Below are positions 16,153 through 25,229 of a DNA stretch of 64,000 nt, in pieces. Source of the stretch: Rhodospirillales bacterium (lineage in GTDB: Bacteria > Pseudomonadota > Alphaproteobacteria > Rhodospirillales > Casp-alpha2); assembly GCA_965229715.1 (NCBI GenBank), contig CBDDJL010000001.1, positions 138,725 through 202,724 of the forward strand, given 5' to 3'. Positions within the stretch are counted from its first letter, which is position 1. Each line of letters begins with the position of its first letter. Under the pieces are notes generated by a model that saw only the letters and a list, made by a program, of their open reading frames with translations, did not search any database and was not told the origin of the DNA. The position numbers were made by a program, and so were the translations under genes.

Positions 16153-18114
16153 ATGCCTCAATCATTTCCAACGCTTTTTTCTCCAATTGATGTCGGCAAC
16201 ATGACCGTCAAGAACCGTGTGTTCCTTCCTGGACACGCGACGCGTCTTGCCGAAGCAGACGGTACTGTCGGTGATCGAATCCTCGCCTACCACAAGGCAA
16301 GAGCGGAAGCCGAAGTCGGAATGATCGTCACCGAGGTGAACTGCGTTCACCCGTCATATCTGCCGCCAAATCGTCTCAGCGTTACCTCGGATGATTGCAT
16401 TCCGGGATTGGCCAGGCTCGCCAACCTGGGGAAGCCCTACGATTGCCGGATCGTGGGGCAACTATTCCATCCCGGACGCGTCGCGGGGTTTTCTGCCGAC
16501 GGGTCGGTGATGGCGACGTTTGCGCCATCGGAAGTCGCGGACGAATTCTACAAGAACATTCCCAATCCACTCACGAACGGCCAGGTCTGGGAGATCATCG
16601 AGGCATTCGGGGATGGCGCACGTCGGATGGCCGAGGCAGGACTTGATGGCGTCGAGCTGCTGTCGAGCATGGGCTACCTGATCTCGCAGTTCCTCAATCC
16701 GCGCCTAAACCTTCGAGCCGACGAGTTCGGCGGCAATCCCGAGAACCGGCTGCGCTTCCTGCGAGAGATTATAGCGAACGTGAGGCAGAAGGCAGGCAAC
16801 GAGATCGTCCTAGGCATCCGCATCTCGGTCGATGAGATGGACGATACGGGGCTCCATCCGGACGAGGCCCTCGAGGCGCTGAAGCTGATCGATCAGGACG
16901 GCAAGATCGACTATGTCAACGTCATCGCGGCGACGACCGCCAGCTATGACGGGTGGATGCACATCGTGCCCCATATGGTGATGCCGAGTGCCTATATTGT
17001 GCCGCAAGCCGCCGCCGTGAAATCTGTCGTTTCGGTTCCTGTCCTCGTGGCGGGCCGCATCAACCAGCCGCAGGATGCCGAGAAGGTCCTGGCGAGCGGC
17101 GAAGCTGACATGACCGGCCTGGTGCGCGCACATATTTGCGACCCGGCCTTCACTAAGAAGGCGAAAGAGGGTCGCACCGACGATATCCGTGCCTGCATCG
17201 CCTGCAACCAGGCCTGTATCGGACACGGGCTGAAGGGATTCTTCACGTCATGTATCCAGCATCCCGAAACCGGCCGCGAGCTTCAGTTCGGACACAAGCA
17301 GAAGACCGAGAATCCGAAGCATGTCCTTGTCATCGGCGGCGGACCGGGCGGCATGAAAGCGGCCGTGACCGCGGCGGAGAGAGGTCATCGGGTAACACTC
17401 TGCGAAAAGGCGAACCGCCTGGGCGGACAAGCACTTCTGGCGCAACTGTTGCCCGACCGCAGCGAGTTCGGGGGCATCATCACCAACCTGGAACACGAGC
17501 TCAAACGCTTCGGCGTCAAGGTGCAGTTGGGCGAGGAGGTGACCTTGGAGAAGGTCACCGAAATGAACCCCGACGCAGTCATCGTTGCAACCGGCGCAGT
17601 TCCGATGCTCCCCGAGGTCGACGGCCTGGATGAACTGCATGTGGTCGACTCCTGGTCCGTCATACGCGGCGAGGCGAACGTCGGATCGTCCGTCGTCATC
17701 TGGGACTGGCGATCGGACTGGGTCGGCCTTGGACTGGCACAGATGCTCGCCCAAAACGGATGCAACGTGCGCCTTGCCGTCAACGGCATCGTTGCCGGGG
17801 AGAGAATCCCAGCAATGGTTCGAGATTACGCCGTCGGCGAACTGCACAAGTTGGGGGTCGAGATCGTTCCGTATGTGCGGCTTTTCGGCGCCGATACCGA
17901 TACCGTCTACTTTCAGCACGTGACAAGCAAACAGCCGGTCATCATGGAGAACGTCGATACGCTGGTGTCTCATCATGCGCCGAGACGAAACGCCGAGCTT
18001 GCGGAGGCGCTGCGCGCTATCGGAATAGAACCAATCGTCATCGGCGACGCTCTCAGTCCGAGAACGGCTGAAGAAGCAGTGCTCGAGGGTCTCAAAGCGG
18101 GTGTTGCAGTATAG
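16153..18114 (+). CDS. OYE-like FMN domain + [4Fe-4S] + FAD/NAD(P) domain oxidoreductase (2,4-dienoyl-CoA reductase / N-methylproline-demethylase-type)
   Basis: MPQSFPTLFSPIDVG...KNRVFLPGH, CIACNQACIGH and VLVIGGGPGGMKAAVTAAERGHRVTLCEKANRLGGQ. ATG 16153 is preceded by GGAG and aligns with the paralogue's start at 37269. Confidence 0.85.
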   Translation: MPQSFPTLFSPIDVGNMTVKNRVFLPGHATRLAEADGTVGDRILAYHKARAEAEVGMIVTEVNCVHPSYLPPNRLSVTSDDCIPGLARLANLGKPYDCRIVGQLFHPGRVAGFSADGSVMATFAPSEVADEFYKNIPNPLTNGQVWEIIEAFGDGARRMAEAGLDGVELLSSMGYLISQFLNPRLNLRADEFGGNPENRLRFLREIIANVRQKAGNEIVLGIRISVDEMDDTGLHPDEALEALKLIDQDGKIDYVNVIAATTASYDGWMHIVPHMVMPSAYIVPQAAAVKSVVSVPVLVAGRINQPQDAEKVLASGEADMTGLVRAHICDPAFTKKAKEGRTDDIRACIACNQACIGHGLKGFFTSCIQHPETGRELQFGHKQKTENPKHVLVIGGGPGGMKAAVTAAERGHRVTLCEKANRLGGQALLAQLLPDRSEFGGIITNLEHELKRFGVKVQLGEEVTLEKVTEMNPDAVIVATGAVPMLPEVDGLDELHVVDSWSVIRGEANVGSSVVIWDWRSDWVGLGLAQMLAQNGCNVRLAVNGIVAGERIPAMVRDYAVGELHKLGVEIVPYVRLFGADTDTVYFQHVTSKQPVIMENVDTLVSHHAPRRNAELAEALRAIGIEPIVIGDALSPRTAEEAVLEGLKAGVAV

Positions 18115-18118
18115 CGGA

Positions 18119-19377
18119 ATGGTTCATCTTTCTGCCACGGACAAGTCCCTTATGGCCGGTGAAAAAGGACCTGCCGCCCAGTTTGCCATGGAGCTATTAT
18201 GCAATTTCGCCGAGGTCGCCGGCGCCAAGTCGTTTGTGGACGTTCGATCCGCCCATATCGGCGCGGCGTGGCTGAGCGGTGAGGCACAGTTCGATTTCGT
18301 CGAACGGATCCGTTCGCTTGGCGGCTGCGTTTCCATCCCGACGATGCTTGCAGCCTCGAAGGTTTGCCTCAGCAGACCCGCGATCAATCAGGATCCCGGA
18401 CTGGCGGCCCGATCCGGCGACGTCGCCAGGATGCTGGTCGAGATAGGATGCCAACCGACCTTTACCTGCACACCCTACTGAATCTGGCGTTCGGAGATTG
18501 TGTCGCACTGACCGAGTCGAGCGCCGTCGTCTATGCGAACTCGGTGCTCGGAGCCCGAAGCAATCAAGGGTACGATTTCCAGGATCTCGCCATCGCGATC
18601 TGTGGCCGGGCACCGTCGATCGGCATGCTCGACGAGGCCAATCGCAAGGCCACCTACGTTCTGGATTTTTCAGGCATACCGAATTCGGTGAAGTCGCAAG
18701 AGCCGTTCTTCCACATCTTTGGACAGTATCTAGGCCGGGAGATCAATGAGGGCGTGCCGGCGCTTGTCGGATTGCCGGCCAACATCACGCCGTTGTCCAT
18801 GCGCGCAATCTGCGCGAGCGCATCAACGGCCGGATCGATCAGGATGTTTCATGTACCCGGCGTAACGCCGGAAGCAAGGACGCTCCGGGACACGTGCGGA
18901 AGCGAAATGCCGCCGAAAGTCGACATTTCCCTCTCCCAGCTCCGGCCCTACCGGAACGCCCTCTCGCCCGTCGGGTCCGATGCAGGCTTGAACGCCGTGT
19001 GTCTGGGCGCACCGCATATCTCGATCGATGAGTTCGCTGTCATGCGTGGTAAAATAGCCGGTCGCAAAGTCCATGCCGGCGTGAAGTGTTCGGTCAGTAC
19101 ATCTCGTACGACCATCAAGGAGCTCCAGACACGTGGCTGGTTTGAGGAAATCGAAAACGCAGGGATCATCGTCGTTCCGGATACATGTACCTATGCGGCG
19201 CTGGTCGATGTCGGTCAGGACGGCGTGGTGATGACGAACTCAGGAAAATGGGCCTACTACGGGCCGATGTGTTACCCTGTGAAAGTGGCGATGGGTACGT
19301 TCGAGGAGTGCATCGAGTCCGCAGTGCAGGGACGTATCACCCGCAATGAGGAGTTCTGGTCCGATGACGGATGGTGA
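18119..19377 (+). pseudogene. Aconitase X (AcnX, DUF521) large subunit, interrupted by a 1-nt frameshift near 18478-18481 (or an assembly error)
   Basis: Frame 1 reads MVHLSATDKSLMAGEKGPAAQFAMELL...GCQPTFTCTPY then TGA at 18479-18481. Family sequence continues without a gap in the next frame (LNLAFGDCVALTESSAVVYANSVLGARSN...). Confidence 0.65.
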
Positions 19378-19789
19378 GCCCAAATCTGGCGCTGCGACAA
19401 CAATCGTTTCGGGGCAGATTGCGCTGTTGACCGAACCCTTGTGCTTTCTCGTCGTCGAACCGAAGACCGGCATCATTGAGGATGTGTTTCATCCGCAGCG
19501 AGGAAGATGCGTTTCGGATACGATCCTGGCGCTTTCTGGGACGAGAGGCGGTGGCGCTACGCCAGGGCAGTTATGTGAACTCCTGAGGCTTGGCGCGGGA
19601 CCACGAGCCATCGTCCTGCCGCACCCTGATCCGGCCGTATCCACGGCCACGTGGGTCGCCAAGAGACTGTACAACATCGAGGTGCCGGTTCTCGTTCTCG
19701 ACAAGGAAGAATATGACAGTCTCGCCGATAGAGAGACCGTATCGCTCGATTGCGTGGAATCACGTCGGATTTCGGTCGCAACCGATTGA
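19364..19789 (+). CDS. Aconitase X small (swivel, DUF126) subunit
   Basis: GQIALLTEPLCFLVVEPKTGIIEDVFHPQRGRCVSDTILALSGTRGGGATPGQLCELLRLGAGPRAIVL. ATG 19364 has GAGGAG 9 nt upstream and overlaps the large-subunit stop. Confidence 0.75.
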   Translation: MTDGEPKSGAATTIVSGQIALLTEPLCFLVVEPKTGIIEDVFHPQRGRCVSDTILALSGTRGGGATPGQLCELLRLGAGPRAIVLPHPDPAVSTATWVAKRLYNIEVPVLVLDKEEYDSLADRETVSLDCVESRRISVATD

Positions 19790-19846
19790 TGCATGGGTCC
19801 GCTCTTCGGTCGAACTTGACCAACCTTCTTCTCTATTACGTTCCGC

Positions 19847-20158
19847 TCAGTCCGTCGCGTCTGAAGGCAGATTGTGGACGGTCAGCTCATATTCCTCCCG
19901 CCGATAGCCAGGTTCGATCAGATGTGACATCCCCGCCATGACTTTCGGCCAACGTTCGCCACTCGCCTCGAATTTTTCTGCATCGGACCAGATCGTTATA
20001 CCGATCGACGATCCGCCCGTGTCATCGAACGCGTCAAGAATGTACATCAGGCCGCTCTCTTCAGGATCATTGGCCAACAGAAAGTTCTTCGCCTCCTGAA
20101 TGAGTTGTTCCTTCGTGCCTGGCTTCAAGGTCAGGTAGTTGATCCGCATATACGCCAT
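19847..20158 (-). CDS. Small hypothetical protein (103 aa), possibly a dimeric alpha/beta-barrel (ABM-like) fold
   Basis: Clean ORF with non-repetitive composition in an otherwise empty slot, positioned divergent from the Rieske genes. The fold assignment is only an impression. Confidence 0.4.
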   Translation of the reverse strand: MAYMRINYLTLKPGTKEQLIQEAKNFLLANDPEESGLMYILDAFDDTGGSSIGITIWSDAEKFEASGERWPKVMAGMSHLIEPGYRREEYELTVHNLPSDATD

Positions 20159-20254
20159 AACATGATTCCTCTGATGACCCGTGCGACCTTCCCACTCAAC
20201 GTGTCGACCACGTCATTCATACAGCGTGGTTTAGCCAGCCTTTAAAAGCAAATT

Positions 20255-20275
20255 AATTTTCTTATAGAGAAAATT
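20255..20275. promoter_or_regulatory. Island operator-like palindrome, site A (AATTTTCT-TATAG-AGAAAATT, perfect 8-bp arms)
   Basis: Lies in the divergent region between 20158(-) and 20356(+). An overlapping second palindrome, TTTCAT-T-ATGAAA, is at 20274-20286. Confidence 0.6.
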
Positions 20276-20355
20276 TCATTATGAAATCTGATGCCGCTGG
20301 ATTACCTTGTCGAAAGGGTAGACGGCATTGAAATCCGGGAATCGAGTGAGCTCAG

Positions 20356-21513
20356 ATGACGAAGAACTACACCGCAGAATTCTTGGGAATCGATATTGAC
20401 GCAGTTGAGCGGCAACTCGCTGAGCACCGCAGCCTTCCAATACACACCTACTACGACCCGTCGGTGTACGAATTCGAACTCGACGCGATATTTCATCGTT
20501 CGTGGCAGTACTTCGATCTCATCGAACGGTTAGCAACACCAGGTGACATCGTCGTTGGAATGGTGGGTCTCATCCCAGTCGCAGTTACGCGAGCAGACGA
20601 TGGTGAACTGCATGGATTCGTCAATATCTGCCGCCATCGGGGTTTCCGCGTCGTAGAGGGAAACAAGCGGAACTGTCGCCTCATGGTCTGCCGCTACCAC
20701 GCTTGGTCGTACAATCTCAAAGGCGAGCTTACTCGCGCACCGGACACTGAATCGGAACCCGGCTTCGATAAATCCGAGTTTGGATTATTGCCGGTTCGCG
20801 TCGACACCTGGGGGCCTGCGGTTTTCGTCAACCCGGATCCTGAGGCGGCGTCGCTTCGCGAGTCTTTCCCACGTATGGACGAATGGACAGAGCGGTTTCA
20901 GTTCATTATGGAACCGGGTCGCTACACTCTGCATCGGGAAATCGTAAAGCCCCAGCAGTCGAACTGGAAGCTTTGGTACGACAACGGAACCGAATGCTAC
21001 CACTGCCCCATCGTCCATGGTGAGAGCTTCGGCGAGGCCTTCAAAGTCAAGGAGGGCGAGTATGAGTTCTTCCTCGATGGGGGCATGACAAGCTATGCGT
21101 TCAAAGCAAGCACAGGTGAGATTGGCAGCAAATCAGGCCACCTCCGGAGTCAAACCTACCGCTCTTTCCAAACCTTTCCGGGGTGCCAGGTCATTCAACA
21201 GGACGATCTAATGATTGTCTCCAAAATGACGCCGACAGGGCCCGATTCTTGCGTCTTCACTTCCCACTATCTGGCTGAAAAAGATGCCGATCCCAAGCGG
21301 GTTGATGAATGGATCGCGATCTGGGATCAGACCTTTACCGAGGACGGCGAGGTCGCCGAGGTTCAACAGATCAACATCCGCTCGGATCGTGCGCCGTTAT
21401 TTCGGTACATCTCTGGACGAGAAGCGCCATCCCAATACATCACAAAGTTGATCTGGGATACCTACAAAGCGGGATTTGATGATCCAGGGCGTGGACGTAC
21501 CGCTGCAGTGTAA
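20356..21513 (+). CDS. Rieske [2Fe-2S] non-haem-iron oxygenase alpha subunit (GbcA/Stc2/CntA-like)
   Basis: Rieske motif CRHRGFRVVEG...CRYHAWSY. Catalytic-domain motif NWKLWYDNGTECYHCPIVHG. Confidence 0.85.
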   Translation: MTKNYTAEFLGIDIDAVERQLAEHRSLPIHTYYDPSVYEFELDAIFHRSWQYFDLIERLATPGDIVVGMVGLIPVAVTRADDGELHGFVNICRHRGFRVVEGNKRNCRLMVCRYHAWSYNLKGELTRAPDTESEPGFDKSEFGLLPVRVDTWGPAVFVNPDPEAASLRESFPRMDEWTERFQFIMEPGRYTLHREIVKPQQSNWKLWYDNGTECYHCPIVHGESFGEAFKVKEGEYEFFLDGGMTSYAFKASTGEIGSKSGHLRSQTYRSFQTFPGCQVIQQDDLMIVSKMTPTGPDSCVFTSHYLAEKDADPKRVDEWIAIWDQTFTEDGEVAEVQQINIRSDRAPLFRYISGREAPSQYITKLIWDTYKAGFDDPGRGRTAAV

Positions 21514-21527
21514 ACGCTGATTTTGGA

Positions 21528-22649
21528 GTGATGCTAACCATGAAGATCGACGCGAAATCGCTTGCCCGGGATATCGACCAATCACTCGGTCTTCCGGCCC
21601 GGTACTATTTCGACCCAGACATTTATCAGTTCGAATTGGAGGCTATCTGGCGAAAGGAATGGCAGTACTTCGCACCGCTCGAAAAGCTAAGAAACCCGGG
21701 TGACGTTGAGGTCGGTCGAGCTGGTGACATCCCCGTGGTCGTTACTCGCACCAGAAACGGTGAGCTTCGCGGCTTCGTCAACGTGTGCAGTCATCGGGGG
21801 TACAGAGTCCAAGAGGCCGGTGGTTCGAATTGTAGGCATCTCGTCTGTCGATACCATGCCTGGACCTATGACTTGGATGGTCGGCTCATTGGCGCTCCGG
21901 GCAGTGAAGACGATCCCTCATTCGACAAGTCGGAACTTGGCCTCCTGCCGATTGCCGTCGAAGAACTGGGGGCAGGCATCTACGTCAATGCCGACCCAGC
22001 AGCGCCGACGCGGCGCGACTCCCTGCCCGGTTGCCTGGAAGCCTACGAAGAGGTCGGCATCGATCTTAATCCGGACCGTTATACCTTGGCCCGCTCGACG
22101 CGGCACGATGTCCCGTCCAACTGGAAGATGTGGTTCGACAATTTCTGTGAGTGCTACCACTGCGACAACATTCACTCGGGCTCATTCTCCGCGGCCTATG
22201 ACTCCAGTATCGACTCCGTCTACACCTCGTTCCGTGACCGCTACATGGTCAATCGCTTTAAGCCGAAGAACTCTCCGAGCGGCACTGATTTGCGTGCCAA
22301 CAATTACCGGTCTTCCGTCAATTTCCCGGGCGGGCTAATCCTGCAACAGGATGATCTGATGATTTTATCGCAGATGCGGCCATTGGGTCCCGAGCGTACC
22401 GAGCAGCAGGTCGACTATTTTGCCGAGGAGGGGGCCGATTCGGCACGGGTCGAGGCGTGGGTCGCGCTCTGGGAACAGACGTTCAGCGAGGACGGAGCGG
22501 CGACTGCAATTCAGCAGGAGGGCTTTCGCACCGGCGCGATTGAACGCAGTCGATTGATGCGCCCGCGCGAGGAAGCCGTGTTTTTCTTCAACAAGACGAC
22601 CTGTCAGGCCTACGAACGACACTTGGCGCAACCGACTGCCGCCGAATAG
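21528..22649 (+). CDS. Rieske [2Fe-2S] non-haem-iron oxygenase alpha subunit, tandem paralogue
   Basis: CSHRGYRVQEAGGSNCRHLVCRYHAWTY and NWKMWFDNFCECYHCDNIHSG. Confidence 0.85.
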   Translation: MMLTMKIDAKSLARDIDQSLGLPARYYFDPDIYQFELEAIWRKEWQYFAPLEKLRNPGDVEVGRAGDIPVVVTRTRNGELRGFVNVCSHRGYRVQEAGGSNCRHLVCRYHAWTYDLDGRLIGAPGSEDDPSFDKSELGLLPIAVEELGAGIYVNADPAAPTRRDSLPGCLEAYEEVGIDLNPDRYTLARSTRHDVPSNWKMWFDNFCECYHCDNIHSGSFSAAYDSSIDSVYTSFRDRYMVNRFKPKNSPSGTDLRANNYRSSVNFPGGLILQQDDLMILSQMRPLGPERTEQQVDYFAEEGADSARVEAWVALWEQTFSEDGAATAIQQEGFRTGAIERSRLMRPREEAVFFFNKTTCQAYERHLAQPTAAE

Positions 22650-22668
22650 CTACCCACAAAAAAATAAC

Positions 22669-22696
22669 GACGGGCCAGAATAGCAGCTGGCCCGTC
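22669..22696. terminator. Hairpin between convergent genes (candidate bidirectional terminator)
   Basis: GACGGGCCAG-aatagcag-CTGGCCCGTC: a perfect 10-bp GC-rich stem with an 8-nt loop, followed by GAGTTTCGATT. Confidence 0.6.
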
Positions 22697-22727
22697 GAGT
22701 TTCGATTCAGGGAGGTGTTGAAGCGGC

Positions 22728-24341
22728 TCAGCCCTTGAGCCACATGGTTTCTGCCGCCCGCATCCCATCAAACGGTGCGTAGCCGGCGAGATGCTCTTCG
22801 TGACCGACCTTGTCGACAGCCGCGTGAACGAAATTCTGGAACAGCGGGACAATGGTCGATCCGTCATTGTGCAAGATGAGCTGCAGTTCGTGATACATCT
22901 CACGACGCTTTGACGTATCGGTCTCGCTCCGTGCTTCGGCGAGAATCTTGTCGAACCGGTCGTTCTTCCAGTTCGTGTCGCCCCAGGCGGCATCGCCGGC
23001 ATATGCCAACGAGAGGATGAGATCCGGGGTCGGCCGTGCGTTCCAATAACTGTAGCAGAACGGAACCTTCGCCCAGACGTTGGACCAGTACCCATCTGTC
23101 GGCTCACGCTGCACCTTCACATTGATGCCGGCTTTCTTCGTGTTTTCCGCATATAGCTGGGCTGCATCGACACTGCCTGCAAACGCCGCATCCGAGGCAT
23201 GTAGTGTGACATCGACCGAGTCGAGGCCAGCCTGCTTCAGGTGATGCTTCGCCTTGTCCGGGTCGAACGCCCGTTGTGGGATATCGCTGTTATGGAAACG
23301 GTCGAACGATGCGATGGGATGATCATTGCCGAGCGACGCATAGCCGCTGAAAATCTTGTCCCGCAATTCAACGCGATCGATCGCATACTTCATCGCCCGA
23401 CGCACATCGACGTTGTCGAATGGCGCCTTATCGGCATGCATCGGCATGGTGATATTCGATCCGCCCGGCACGTCCAGGATCGAGATGCCGCCAGCTGCAA
23501 CAAAGCGGTCGATGGTTCGAAGCTCGACGTTGTCGATAATGTGAACTTCGCCCGTGCGAATGGCATTCATTCGCGCCGCCGTGTCACGGATCGACAGCAG
23601 TTCAGCGGAATCGACATAGGGTTTGTCACCCTTGTAGTAGTTCTCGTAGCGGCGTCCGACCGCGCGGACACCGGGATCGAACTCTTCGAGAACGAAAGGT
23701 CCGGTGCCGACGCCCGACGTCATGTCCGGCACGCCATCTTTGGAGGGTACGATCGCGAAGAAATACTGCGACAGATAGAACGGGAAATCCGCATTTGGCG
23801 ATGAAAGATCGAACACGACCTTGTCCGAGCCATCGGCCTTGATATCCGTAACGCCGTCCATGAGGGACTTGCCCCCCGAACTGCTGTCTTCGCCCCTGTG
23901 GTAATTGATCGAGTCGATGACGTCCTGCTGCGTCATGGACTTGCCGTTATGAAACTCGACGCCTTGACGAAGCGTAAACGTCCACCTTGTACCGCCGTTC
24001 GAGGCCACCCATTCCGTTGCGAGATCCGCTTCGAGATCGCCGTCAGCACCAACATCGACGAGTTGGTTTCTGAGCATGCCCGTTCGGAACGTGTCGACAT
24101 GGGCATTGCCTACGATCGCGGTGTTCAGCGTATCGCTCGTCTCACCGTGCCCGGCTCCGATGATCAGGTGGCCGCCCTTCTTTGGCGCAGCGTCAGCGGT
24201 TTTCGTCCATACGCTAGATGCCGCGGCAACGCCAATGCCCATTGCCGCCGCGCGTTCCATGAACTGCCGGCGCGTGACTCCCGGCTTTCCTGCATAATTG
24301 CCAAGAACTGACTTGATCTGCGATTGAAACTCCGACTTCAT
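22728..24341 (-). CDS. ABC-transporter substrate-binding protein, family 5 (peptide/opine/nickel type), Tat-type signal
   Basis: Twin-arginine leader VTRRQFMERAAAMGIGVAAASSVWT, then a family-5 SBP-like body (~530 aa). ATG at 24341; the longest ORF opens at TTG 24383. Confidence 0.8.
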   Translation of the reverse strand: MKSEFQSQIKSVLGNYAGKPGVTRRQFMERAAAMGIGVAAASSVWTKTADAAPKKGGHLIIGAGHGETSDTLNTAIVGNAHVDTFRTGMLRNQLVDVGADGDLEADLATEWVASNGGTRWTFTLRQGVEFHNGKSMTQQDVIDSINYHRGEDSSSGGKSLMDGVTDIKADGSDKVVFDLSSPNADFPFYLSQYFFAIVPSKDGVPDMTSGVGTGPFVLEEFDPGVRAVGRRYENYYKGDKPYVDSAELLSIRDTAARMNAIRTGEVHIIDNVELRTIDRFVAAGGISILDVPGGSNITMPMHADKAPFDNVDVRRAMKYAIDRVELRDKIFSGYASLGNDHPIASFDRFHNSDIPQRAFDPDKAKHHLKQAGLDSVDVTLHASDAAFAGSVDAAQLYAENTKKAGINVKVQREPTDGYWSNVWAKVPFCYSYWNARPTPDLILSLAYAGDAAWGDTNWKNDRFDKILAEARSETDTSKRREMYHELQLILHNDGSTIVPLFQNFVHAAVDKVGHEEHLAGYAPFDGMRAAETMWLKG

Positions 24342-24440
24342 ACCTCGTATCTCCCAAGTTGTGAGTTTAATCGTTGCTCCCAAGCCCGGGCTCTTGATTG
24401 CCTAATGGTTGCCCAAGCTGATTATCGTCAGATGATATGA

Positions 24441-24485
24441 AATTTTCTTTTTAGGGAAAACACTAATTTTCGTGAGAAGATAAAT
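24441..24485. promoter_or_regulatory. Island operator-like palindromes, site D (AATTTTCT-TTTTA-GGGAAAAC) plus degenerate D2 (AATTTTCG-TGAGA-AGATAAAT)
   Basis: Lie in the divergent region between the SBP gene (-) and the XRE-cupin regulator gene (+). Confidence 0.5.
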
Positions 24486-24573
24486 TTTATTCTTCTCTAT
24501 GTCGGGTGTTCCTATCGCTTGATGCGCTGTCATTCTCGTGCGATTCGAACCCGAGCAGGTGATAGGATCGAAA

Positions 24574-25221
24574 ATGGCCAAGAATCCAAGGGGCAAGAAC
24601 GTGAACGCAAAGGCCGAGGTGCCGCCTCGGAAGGGCGACGGCAACCTCGATGTCGGATCATTCGTCGGACTCCAAATCCGGGAACGGCGTCGGTTTCTGG
24701 GCATGACAATCTCGGAGCTTGCCGCGGCGAGCAGTGTCTCCGTCAGCAATTTGTCAAAGATTGAAACGGGTCAGGTATCACCGTCGCTGCAATCGCTCGA
24801 AGCGATCGCCGCCGCGCTCTCAAGCCCAATTCACACGCTGTTTCGCGGTTTCGATGACGAAGGCACCCTGTTCCAGATTCCAAAGGGCAAGGGCATGATC
24901 ATGGGGCGCCCCGGTAAGAGCGGCGGTCACACGTACGAGCTGCTCGCCAACAATACCGGTCAGGTTTCCGAGTTTCAGCCCTATCTGGTCGCGCTCGAGG
25001 AGCAAAGCAAACAGCGGGCGACGTTCACGCACAATGGCATGGAGTTCCTCTACATGCTGGATGGCGCGATGGTGTATCGCTACGGCACCCGGGATATTGA
25101 CGTCGAAGCAGGCGATACGTTGATCTTCGACGGTCGGACGCCCCACGGGCCCGAGCGTATTGTCCGGTCGCCCGCACGCTACCTTTCATTGCTGACGAAC
25201 AGGAACGAAAGAGATAGCTGA
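24574..25221 (+). CDS. XRE-family HTH + cupin-domain transcriptional regulator
   Basis: HTH region LQIRERRRFLGMTISELAAASSVSVSNLSKIETGQVSPSLQSLEAIAAAL. C-terminal cupin-like region (HNGMEFLYMLDGAMVYRYG...GDTLIFDGRTPHGP). ATG 24574 is preceded by AGGA; the ORF also opens at GTG 24538. Confidence 0.8.
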   Translation: MAKNPRGKNVNAKAEVPPRKGDGNLDVGSFVGLQIRERRRFLGMTISELAAASSVSVSNLSKIETGQVSPSLQSLEAIAAALSSPIHTLFRGFDDEGTLFQIPKGKGMIMGRPGKSGGHTYELLANNTGQVSEFQPYLVALEEQSKQRATFTHNGMEFLYMLDGAMVYRYGTRDIDVEAGDTLIFDGRTPHGPERIVRSPARYLSLLTNRNERDS

Positions 25222-25229
25222 TCGGACGA

